64,000 nucleotides of DNA from Fimbriosthenelais zetlandica (taxonomy: Eukaryota), in NCBI GenBank assembly GCA_977030845.1, contig OZ365115.1, positions 7,130,001 through 7,194,000 of the forward strand. Direction: 5' to 3'. The translations under genes were made by a program, and so were the position numbers. Below are positions 1 through 9,160 of the stretch, piece after piece. The notes below the pieces were generated by a model. That model made no database searches. It worked only from the letters and a program-made list of their open reading frames with translations, and was not told the DNA's origin. Numbering within the stretch: the first letter of the stretch is position 1; each line of letters opens with the position of its first letter.

Positions 1-255
1 AGTTTGTCGCTGAATACTATGAATCATATCTTTCACGTTAAATGGAAAACTTACATTTTCAAAATTCCAAAGATCCTCAACTGAATGTTATTTAACTTGG
101 TGGATAGCAAGATTTTTAAAGAACATCACAGTGACAGATAAAGAACCAGAAACATGCAACATGCTGAGAAAGTGAGGGATAATAATACACACTTCTAAGA
201 GGGCTTCTCCTGTTTTAAGCTCGGCCTCGTTAGTTGTATTGTCATTGATACATAC

Positions 256-3200
256 TGCTCCAGGACTGGCACCCCGGCCACCACCCCGCGTGTACCGCAC
301 TTCCGTCTTGTCTGCTGGCTTGGCCAGGCATACTTCAATCTGCGAATTCTCAAGAAGGGTATCTGGAGGAAATTTTATACATTTTTACAAATAGAGGTTT
401 TAAAAAAAAAGAACACAAATATGTTTTGAATTATCATTTTGTATCTTAATCAGAAAAAAATCTTTTTTTACCTGGTATCATTATACATTAATTAGTGAAT
501 ACTACTTATAATCTTTACCCTGTGAAATATAAATCAATAAAATTGCACTAAGGATGCACAAACATGACGTGTTAAATGATCAATATTAGAAACATGAAAT
601 CTTAGAGTTAAAGATGAAATATATAATTTGAAGTGACGTACGATTTAAAGTGTTCATGGCTCCCACAGCATCCTCTCGTTCTCTGAAGTGGACGAAGGCG
701 TAGTCTCTGATTTTCTTCACTCTCTCTATGGCGTTGTCCTTGTCCACAGCCTGGGTGAAGATATCTCTAATGGTGTCCTCAGACGTGGTCAGCATCAGGT
801 TCCTCACGTACAAGATCTTTACCTGACAAAACACATTAAACGGTCAAATGATTGAAGCTACCGATAAAATATGAAATTATTACATCATGTAAAATACACT
901 TGGTCATCGAAGATTGCATATCTTCCCCATCCGACCCTCAGCTTGGGTCTCACAAATTTATTTCGAAAATCAGAAAAGACCAAATTTCTGAGTGAAATCT
1001 CAGAAATTAAGTTTATATCCCGACTAAAAAATTTGATCATCCAATATTGTGGGATCTAAACTTGCAATACTGAAATGGGGCGGGACCATAAAAGCTGCGC
1101 TAAGGTCGAGTGACCAAGGTTAAAGATTTAGAGACACTTAGAATTTAGGTGACAACTTTGGCACTCTCTGTTTATGATACCCCATATCCAGAGTCTGACA
1201 GATACTGACAATACAAGGTTCATTTTCCTTAAAATTCAAGATCTGAACAATAAGATTGAAATGACTCAAATAAAATGCTTTCCCTTTCTAATATAGTTCC
1301 CATAGATTTATCTAATGAATACAGAATATTTCATGGCAATTAATTCATTATGTCTTTTGAAATAAAACTTTCTTTTTAAATTAAAATGTGTCAATTTATT
1401 AGCATGGTTACTGTTAATGAAATGTCAACCATAAGTGTCTGGCATCAGCAACGACCTATATGGCCTCCCCCACCCGCCAACCTCCCATACAGCCGCCATC
1501 ATCTAGCATAGACTATGATAGAGCACACCCCCTTATCGTCGGCACACATCATAAATTACCATGGTTATTATCTGATAAGGCCAATGGTCGGCAAATAAGA
1601 TTTGGGAGACAAGCCATTCTTGACCCACCAACATGTGATATGGATGTATGTTCACCTCTACAAGGTCAATTCATATTCTCTTCTCTACTTCAGTGGTCAA
1701 TTTCAAAGACTTTGACCTCAAAATGCAGCTATTGAAAAAAAAAATTAAATAGCTAGATCACTTGATCTTACTAGACTATAGAAATTAATTTAAAATACTT
1801 CCTAGACTCTAGATTCTAAATTTATGTATACATCAGAACATAGAGGTGTAGGAAATAGATTCTAGATCTCTACTCTAGCTTATTTTTCTGGAGAAATTTT
1901 TAGGTTCTGTGCTTGGTCAATTTGTCTAAAAGGTAAGACATTTGTCCTGTAAGAAACGAGCGAGTCTTTGTACCTTTGAAGTGTTAAAGTGACCCTTCGT
2001 GTTTAGGTGGTGTTTATATAGCCAGGCCAGGGTTAAACGGCAAACTCGTTTGACCAAATAATGTATTGTGTGGGGTAAGAGGAGGGGGAGGGGTGGGTGC
2101 GCGGAGTCTGGAGTTGTTTAACCAATGTGACTAATAGGAGAGAAAACATTTCATTGTGTCAACCAGTCTGGTCCTGTAACAACACAGAACCTGCAGGCCT
2201 AGTAAGAGTAAGAAGACTTAAACTAAAGTTAATAGTTATGACTGCAATATAAAATTTTTGAGCTCAGATATCTGAGATGATAGTTTGATACATTATTCAT
2301 TAGGATCTATAATCTACACAATCTAACGTTACTAATACTAGCCTAGACTCTATACTATAGTCTAGGTAAATTTTCCATGTTGGATAATTTTAAGATTAAA
2401 GTTGATGGCCCCGTACTGACCTTTCTACACATTAGCAAGTTCACCTGTGAGCTAACAGCTGACTTGGTCCATCCCAAGTCATTGTCATTGGCATTGCGGC
2501 ATTGGATACATGAACATAGTTACGTAAAAATGACGTCCTACCTTCGCCATGATTTCGTCATCAACCTCAGCCTCCGGTTCCGCCCAATCCACAGCAATCG
2601 ACTGACCCCAAAGTTGAATTCTCCCTGGAATTAACTTCCTCCTGGCCATGGCAGCAGCTTTGTGGGAATTATATTCCACAAAAGCGAATCCGCGATTTTT
2701 TGATTTGTCCGAAGCGCTGGGATAGACGATGACATCCACGACACCGTCGGTAATCTTCGACATTTCCGCGAAAATCTCGTCCCTCTGCTTATTTTTCGGG
2801 ATGCCTCCTACAAAAAGCCGGCAATTATCCACACTAAGACATACACCGAGGAACCTCCCCTTCCTAAGTTCATAGTTATTTAGTTCTCGGACAGCTTTCC
2901 TGGCGTCTTCTTTGTTGGTGAACATCACAAAGCAGTATCCTCGGTTGGTACCCGAAAAGTCCATCATCAGGCGGAGTTCGTAGATGTTGCCGATCTGCTC
3001 GAAAACGGGAACGAGCTCGTCTTCATAAGCATCTCTAGGAATTTTTCCAACAAAAACTTCACATCCTCTGGAGGGGGTAGCCCCTTCCCAGCCTGGTGGA
3101 GGTCCTCCATATTTCCTCTGGCCATTTTCTTGGATCATTTGGTACCCAGTGCGCTCCATCAGAGCGAGGAGAACAGCTTCATTTGGAGCTCCCGCCACAC

Positions 3201-3336
3201 CTTGAGGAACAGATCGATCCTGCTGAGAAATTTGATTATTAGATCCTTGATTTTCTGCTGCCATGATGGAATCCTGTAGATTATTCCTCTGATTATAATA
3301 AGCTTCGCGCAATCGGTGATCGTCGTTTGGATTCAT
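256..3336 (-). CDS. RBM47: RBM47/A1CF/RBM46-family RNA-binding protein (three RRMs), 5' part; the gene continues past the left edge of the window
   Basis: Coding exons 3336-2542 (ATG to ...EIMAK, donor AAG|GTAGGA, phase 0), 822-642 (acceptor TGTCAG|GTA; [10 protein letters not shown]...RDYAFVHF...LN; donor C|GTACGT, phase 1) and 362-256 (acceptor CTCCAG|AT; [19 protein letters not shown]...; probable donor GCA|GTATGT). The motifs [76 protein letters not shown] and WAEPE match my recollection of human RBM47 best. It may be the single pro-ortholog of RBM47/A1CF/RBM46, so the symbol is family-level. Confidence 0.93.
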
Positions 3337-3399
3337 TTGATCTTGTGCGTTTACCTGTAGCTAACAAAACTTTGGAGTTTGGACTCACTACTTCTCCTC

Positions 3400-3620
3400 C
3401 TCTTATCTTTGCGGACCGACGCGTCATTGGAGGAACGCGCTCGTGGCTATCTGAGCCTCGCAGATCTGATTGGCTGAGAGTGGAAAGTGGGCGTGGTCAG
3501 AACCATGATTGACAAGCGGGTGGGCAGCGGATGTGGATCCGTGGGAAGATGCTACAAACGTCGTCCACAGTCGCACAAAAGTGATACTTTCAGCGATTTT
3601 CCCACGCCTCCAACTTTCCA
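3400..3620 (-). promoter_or_regulatory. CpG-rich putative promoter/5'UTR of the RBM47-like gene
   Basis: CpG-rich stretch directly upstream of the ATG, with a CCAAT box (CAGCCAATCAGA on the minus strand, about 3464-3475), a GC-box-like GGGCGTGG (about 3489-3496), and CGTGGGAA (3540-3547) and TTCCCACG (3599-3606) motifs. Confidence 0.55.
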
Positions 3621-4156
3621 AGCTGCTTTTAGGCTTTCTAACGGAACCCAATCAAATGAATGTTGAAAATGTTTGACAAAATTCATGGGCCTAAATAGCT
3701 TATAGCCCAATAATAATTATTACTTAAGATCATATTCGACAGCCCCATTGTACCATCTGGTGAGAAAAATAGGAACTAAAACTAAAAGGCTAATCTTTAC
3801 GATTTCATCCTTATAGGTGGGTAGAGGGGTCGGGTATATCCTTGAGGAGGGAATTCATATATTTCGAGCCCGTCTTGCCATGAAATAAATAAAGTTGTCC
3901 ATCTCTATTCTAAAAAAATTAAAATTGGTCAAACAAAAACTCCAGGCGCCCCCTAAGATTTCTACTTGTATTGGGCCTATAATTATAATTATTATATAAA
4001 TTATGTAGGCCTAGGCTAATTTGGCTGCCAGTATTTCATTTTCTATTTTCGAAATTAATTCTATTTAAATTATTTCAAAATGTTTTTAACTTTTATATTA
4101 CATGCCGGTACGGTACCGCTAGCCTAAATGTCTATGGCCTTGCTCAATTTACTTAT

Positions 4157-4162
4157 TTTATT
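4157..4162 (-). terminator. Candidate polyadenylation signal (AATAAA) of ZCCHC17
   Basis: TTTATT on the plus strand, about 240 nt downstream of the ZCCHC17 stop codon, in an AT-rich context. Confidence 0.4.
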
Positions 4163-4400
4163 TCATTTGTAGGACTACATAAATAGGGCATCAAGCCTGT
4201 CACTTAAAATTCTCAAACATAGTCGAGGTTTTCAATTTAAGTTGGAAATGATCGTGTACAATGTGTAAGCCTATGATGTCCAAAAGGAAGACAGATTCTA
4301 TTAGTTAGGCCTACTGTTCTCAGGAATAATAGACCTACATAATAATATCAAATTAAATCTTAGCTGCCTAAAGTAATTGTACCGTAGCTTACTTGCTAAG

Positions 4401-6246
4401 TTATCTAGATTTATGTTTTCTTTTCTTGTCTTTCTTGTGCCGGCGGTCATCGTCGTCGGAAGAATCTGAGCTAGAAGACGAACTGCTCGACTGCTTCCTA
4501 CTTCTGTGTTTCTTGTGATGCTTTTTATGTTTCTTTATCTGCAGCAAAATTGAAATTTTTCAAAGTTAAAATAAATAGAAAATCCAATCCATGTAGGCCT
4601 ACGTAAGACCCTAAGTAGTATTACAAACAAACGGACTAATGACACAGGCATTGATTAATAATGACAGATATCTTATACTTACTTTGGGCTCATCCTCTGA
4701 ATCACTTCCACTTGATTTCCTCTTATGTTTCTTCTTTTTCTTGGATTTCTTTTCCTGTTTAAATGGCGTTAATTTTAATAACGTTTGATTCAAGACGGTA
4801 GATCTATCAGAAGGTCGTGACAATTATTTATATACAGGCTGCTTATGAATATAGGCTTGTCTAAAACCAGGCAGGAAGATAGGTACCGTACCTTTTTCCT
4901 TTTCTTTGTACTAGACGAAGCTCCATCTGTTGTACTAGTAGTGCCTTTCTCTTGTTCAACAAGATAGTCAATGTCAGGAATCAAGTCATAGGACGCAGAC
5001 GAGCCCGGGCTTTGGAAACAATCTTGTGCAAAATGTCCTAAGAAAAGATAGTAAGAGGTGGGTTCAACATGGCAATATATTCAGTATACGCCCAGAGTAT
5101 ACTGTAGGCCCCAGTGTAGGCCTAGACAGTAGTCTAACTAAATAACTTTCATGGCTGTCTGTGAAAAGTCAATGAAAGTTTTTGAAAATTCTCATCGTAT
5201 TAGCCTTTAGCCTAAGTAAAATGTATTCAACTTTTTCAAGCACAGGTATACTAGTATGCTTCGATCCACAAATATAACTCTGGAGCATTATGTAGCCTAC
5301 TAACCTCTTCCACCACATTTCTTACACGTTGTATTCAATACAGCACCCAGTTCTATCTTAGGTATTTCTTTCTTGACTCCTGTCCTCCTCCTCTGTTCAT
5401 CTAGACTGCAAATAAAATAAGAATTAAACAACTGATGCAAGTGACAGTTATTATTATTAAAAAATATTAATTATCTGGTATAAGGATAAATACTTACGAC
5501 GCCTGGACATGGTTAGGATCTAAATCTTCTCCTGTTGACTGGTTGATAACCTTCATAGACAGACCTATCTTTCCATCCTCCTACAATCAAAACAACCATT
5601 TAAGCTCTGCATCACTTACAGGTAACGACATGAATTAAATTGTCCACATATCAAAACTAAAACTTTTAATAATGATTTGAAATGTGTGATTTGAGACTAA
5701 ATTTCTTACACTAAACTTACAGTTGATATAACCTTGACATGGACCTCTTCTCCGACTTCCAACACCTCTTCAGGTTTTTCCACGGGAACTTTTGAAATTT
5801 GTGACCTGTGTACCAAACCTAGGGGAAAACAATGGAACTAAATTAGATTGAAAACAAAATATAGCTCCCCTTTAAAATTAAATGGACATAAAAATTGAGT
5901 GATGAATGCCTACCATTTTTCTTTCTTCCTGGGAATCGAACAAATGCACCATATGCTTGAACTGATGCAATCTACCAATGAAAGAAATAAATTACTGTAA
6001 CACAAGGCGGATGATCATGATTAACATTAGACCAGACATTATCACCAGTAGGCTTAGGCCCATATGTCTACCCTGGCCTAGGCCTAGGCCTAGCACTACT
6101 CTCTACTGGCTACCGGTATGTAAATAATCTGAGCGATAATAGGGGAATTCTAATTCACTTACTGTTCCTTTCAAAATACTGTATAATTTTGGCAGAGTCT
6201 CATCTTGCCATGTTCTTCCTCCGTCCCTGCTCCTCTCCCTATCCAT
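4401..6246 (-). CDS. ZCCHC17: Zinc finger CCHC domain-containing protein 17 (nucleolar protein pNO40): S1 domain, CCHC knuckle and Lys/Ser-rich tail; about 259 aa
   Basis: Eight exons with GT-AG ends and consistent phases: 6246-6163, 5971-5914, 5818-5721, 5580-5498, 5405-5305, 5037-4892, 4754-4683, 4538-4401 (TAA). Introns are 191, 95, 140, 92, 267, 137 and 144 bp. Translation: MDRERSRDGGRTWQDETLPKLYSILKGT-IASVQAYGAFVRFPGRKKNG-LVHRSQIS...VHVKVIST-EDGKIGLSMKVINQSTGEDLDPNHVQAS-LDEQRRR...KIELGAVLNTTCKKCGGRG-HFAQDCFQSPG...; CX2CX4HX4C knuckle; KKHK/SDS tail. Domain order and motifs match ZCCHC17. Confidence 0.95.
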
Positions 6247-6307
6247 TGTTACAATGGTATTTCAAGGAGAACGTATTAAATTCATTCCCCTCCTCGAAGC
6301 CAAGTCG

Positions 6308-6347
6308 CCGCACCGGAAGTGTAGTTCCGCACCGGAAGTGTAGTTCC
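6308..6347 (-). promoter_or_regulatory. ZCCHC17 core promoter: tandem 19-bp duplication containing an ETS motif and an ACTACA motif
   Basis: CCGCACCGGAAGTGTAGTT occurs twice (6308-6326, 6327-6345), about 60-100 bp upstream of the ATG. CCGGAAGTG is the ETS/GABP consensus. TGTAGTTC is the reverse of the GAACTACA promoter motif associated with ZNF143. Confidence 0.65.
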
Positions 6348-6761
6348 ACTGTTGAACACGTGGTGTCAGCAGAGTCTCGGTGCTTAAACTTAAAGTCACA
6401 GTGGACGTACACACCTTTGGATAGCATTATTATTCGGATTTATAGGGATATACATGAGTCCCCCGTTTACGGTGTCACCCTTGAAGCATCCATGGATATT
6501 CCAAGCAACGTGGACTGGTCTGGACCCAATAATATGGCGCCATCTGACCTACCGTATGGTACCGGAACTAACGTTAGGCAAAGCACAAGGTAGCAGTAGG
6601 CCAACAGTGTACCGGTAGTTATGTAATCCCAGGTAAGTATCATATTAGCATTCGATTCCTCCTCTCTATTCTGTATTACTGAGTCCGCTCACCTCTGTAA
6701 TGTTTCCTATTGTCTTTATTGCGATTAATTTCAAAGGGTTTGTGGTATCGCCATGACTCAG

Positions 6762-6831
6762 TGGCGCCGCCGCGCGGGCAAGGGTCGCACTTAGGCAAAA
6801 CCTATCTGAAGTCCCCTTGGCGGTGGCGCCA
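6762..6831. repeat. 70-bp GC-rich nested foldback, possibly a mini-MITE remnant
   Basis: TGGCGCCGCCG (6762-6772) pairs with CGGTGGCGCCA (6821-6831) with 1 mismatch. Inside, CAAGGG pairs with CCCTTG and TAGG-CAAAA-CCTA forms a small hairpin. Confidence 0.5.
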
Positions 6832-6839
6832 TCTAATGG
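6826..6839 (-). promoter_or_regulatory. CTCF-like motif, reverse orientation
   Basis: Minus strand CCATTAGATGGCGC matches 13/14 of CCASYAGRKGGCRS. It lies inside the SINE-like body. Confidence 0.4.
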
Positions 6840-7253
6840 AAAACTACTGCAACTAGGCATTCCTCATTCCACCTGCACAGAGAGGAGAAAGCATACCGGC
6901 AAGGGGGATTCGAAGCCGGGACCTTTGGACTATAGGCTTAGGCCTACTAATCTAACGTCCTACCAACTGAGCTATCAAGGATTGGTTCCTACAAGCCTGC
7001 ACCCCACCTGTGATGAGCTAGTTATGTAATCCCTTAGTCTTAGGATCTGTTAGAGCACACACCTGGACATACCTGGTTTGGCTTCGACTGCCCAGAGAAG
7101 AAAAAGCATAGGCCTAGCACTAATGCGGATTCGAACCCGGGAACTTTGGGTTTACGAATCTAACCCCTACAAACTGAGCTCCTACATGCCTGCTGCCCAC
7201 CTGTGATATACCTGGCTTGTCTGGCTTCGACTGTCCAGAGAAGAAAAAGCATA

Positions 7254-7323
7254 GTACCAAGGGGGATTCGAACCCGGGACCTTTGGGCTTACTAATCTAA
7301 TCCCTACCAACTGAGCTATCAAG
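7254..7323 (-). pseudogene. Best-preserved tRNA-like head: intact A box, B box and T5 terminator; not a foldable tRNA
   Basis: A box TAGCTCAGTTGG (7318-7307), B box GGTTCGAATCC (7274-7264), TTTTT at 7248-7244. The anticodon stem (TTAGA vs GCCCA) and acceptor stem do not pair. The body resembles tRNA-Phe, while the loop reads AGT (Thr-like), so the parent tRNA is not assignable by eye. Confidence 0.65.
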
Positions 7324-7700
7324 GATAGGCTCCTACATGCCTGCAACCCACCTGTGATAAGCTAGTTATGTAATCCCATGCAAACTTAGTCTTAGAGCAC
7401 ACAATTGGATATACCTGATCTAGCTTCCATAGACGGTGGCGCCATATAGGGAGAAAGTACCACAACTCGGCAAAACACCACGTGGTGGTACCGTCTATGC
7501 GCAGAGAAGAAAAAGCATAGCCCCAGTGGGGATTCGAAACCTCGACCTTTGGGTTTCTAGTAAAGCACCCTACCAACTGAGCTATCAAGTTCATTAACAC
7601 AGTGAATGTTGATTTTGTGATTTGGGTGCTGTGACTTTACAAACTACCCCAATAGGCCAATACAACAAACTCTCCACTGGCGTTGTAGTTGCGTATATTC

Positions 7701-7714
7701 ACAGTAGATGGCAG
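7701..7714 (+). promoter_or_regulatory. CTCF-like motif, forward orientation
   Basis: ACAGTAGATGGCAG matches 13/14 of CCASYAGRKGGCRS. Confidence 0.4.
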
Positions 7715-7949
7715 GTTGGTGAGGAGCAGTAGAGGCGCCGGCTAAACAGGAGTAAAATACGTGGAGGAGGAGTAGAAAGGAGCGCTCCGGCGAGCACCGA
7801 AGAACTCAGATGGGAGCTCAGTTCCCATGACTTCAAACTGGAGGAGGTACCAAGTACATGAGGAATGCTTTACTCCATATAGACCTCTGCTGAAAGTCGC
7901 TGGGGTGGAAAAAACTGGCAGGGAACGCGAGAGACAAAAGGTGAATGAG
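7715..7949 (+). other. Putative first exon of a + strand transcript of unknown identity
   Basis: CpG- and purine-rich segment ending in a strong donor, GAG|GTAAGC (GT at 7950-7951). An ATG at 7827 stays open for 41 codons to the donor (MTSNWRRYQVHEECFTPYRPLLKVAGVEKTGRERERQKVNE), but I do not recognise the peptide. The 5' boundary is a guess. Confidence 0.4.
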
Positions 7950-8974
7950 GTAAGCTAAAACTGTATAATGTTCAGAGTATTGAACTGATTACTGATTTTT
8001 TATTTCTTCATTTCTCTATAAGGAAATCGCTCAAAAAGTTTTGTTTGGTTTTCATATAATACCGGCAACCTATTTTTTTATGACAGATGTGTATATAGGC
8101 ATAATGTTCTTGAATCTCACTATATATATCAAATTGACTTGTAATGGTCTTGTATGTCCAATAATTATTTTTACTCCCAGGTAAGGCATGTAGGGTATGG
8201 GGCCTATATATAGATCTATGCCTAACAGCATAGCTATCACTCAAGCCAATCAAACTGTGTTTTCCTCTACTGGTGCAATCGGTCTATTTCATTTCGTTTT
8301 AGGGTTTATATCTTCGGTCTATATTGGCTTACTAGGTCAATATAGTTTCTATAAATATAATGAATTTGTGGGTATTACCATTATAGACGCGGTACCAGTG
8401 TTATGTAGGGTAGCTATGAACTAGGATCGCATAGAACTTTAATTGGACTAGACTAGAAGTTGAGTGAGATTTTTGTTACAATTATTCGGGTCATGTTTTA
8501 AGTGTTCAACTTTATCACTAACGTGAATCGACATTCAACAGGGCTAGAGATCTTATTGTCTTCTAGAAATCGATTCTAATGCCAAAGAAATCCCAAGGGA
8601 ATGATCCAAGTCAGTGATCCGGCTGAGTCCTATCAGATCCCATTTAGCGAGTCACAGAACAACCAGGTGGGAAGGAAGGATTCCTAAAAATAAAAAAAAA
8701 TATCTCACAATGCAGGCATCATATGAACCGCAAAAATGGGCTATTTTCGTCTGAGCATCCTTCGGTAATATTCTTGTGTATGGCGTACTTAAAAGGATTT
8801 TCTTGCATGAAAAACTATGTTCGACATTCGCCTATAGAGGCCATATCTAGTATAATTATAAAGACTACAATTATTTGCAGAATTTTACGAGGAGACAATT
8901 TCTCTTTCTAACATTTTGAAGTTTAATGTTTATACTTCAAATTTAAAAGAAGTTGAGGTGAATAATCTTGTCCT

Positions 8975-9160
8975 TTACCCTTTGGTCTTTTATCTCTAAC
9001 CTTCCTGTGTCTACCCTGCATTTATTCTCTCTCTTCTGTTTCCTCACAATACACGCCCTATCCTCAAACCCTCTTTTATCCCACCCCTTGGCCTCTCTTT
9101 CCTCTTATCTATACTCTTTTCCCTGTTCTCTCCTGCCTTCTGAGTTCTCTCCATATATAA
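8975..9160. repeat. Pyrimidine-rich low-complexity tract (CT-rich)
   Basis: Almost G-free run of CTT/CTC/CCT words on the plus strand. Confidence 0.6.

Larger units (their letters stand above)
6615..7589 (-). mobile_element. Four head-to-tail tRNA-headed SINE-like units with differing internal deletions
   Basis: Minus-strand heads at about 6980-6896, 7180-7111, 7323-7254 and 7589-7519, consensus TAGCTCAGTTGGTAG..TTAGATTAGTAA.CCCAAAGGTCCCGGGTTCGAATCC (A box and B box), each followed by ATGCTTTTTCTTCTCT (only T3 in the leftmost copy). Shared body blocks on the plus strand include AGTTATGTAATCCC (6617, 7020, 7364), CCTACA.GCCTGC..CCCACCTGTGAT (three copies), GGCTTCGACTG (two copies) and GGTGGCGCCAT (two copies). 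Confidence 0.8.

Noticed and set aside
88-3336. hnRNP R/Q (SYNCRIP) as the identity of the RRM gene
   Set aside because: There is no acidic N-terminal domain, and the motifs [23 protein letters not shown] and RIQLWG fit the A1CF/RBM46/RBM47 branch better.
3355-3388. GTGAGT...CTACAG mini-intron in the RBM47-like 5'UTR
   Set aside because: Only 34 nt, well below the 92-bp minimum seen in this window; probably chance.
4401-4823. Lys/Ser-rich exons read as a separate gene (FAM133-like)
   Set aside because: They splice in frame to the S1 and CCHC exons of ZCCHC17.
6189-6593. 134-aa + strand ORF
   Set aside because: TTG start, antisense to ZCCHC17 exon 1 and its promoter, no recognisable domain; a by-product of the GC-rich sequence.
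6896-7589. Functional tRNA gene cluster, or a CRISPR-like repeat-spacer array
   Set aside because: Acceptor and anticodon stems do not pair. The intervening sequences are homologous to each other rather than unique spacers, and the context is eukaryotic with no cas genes.
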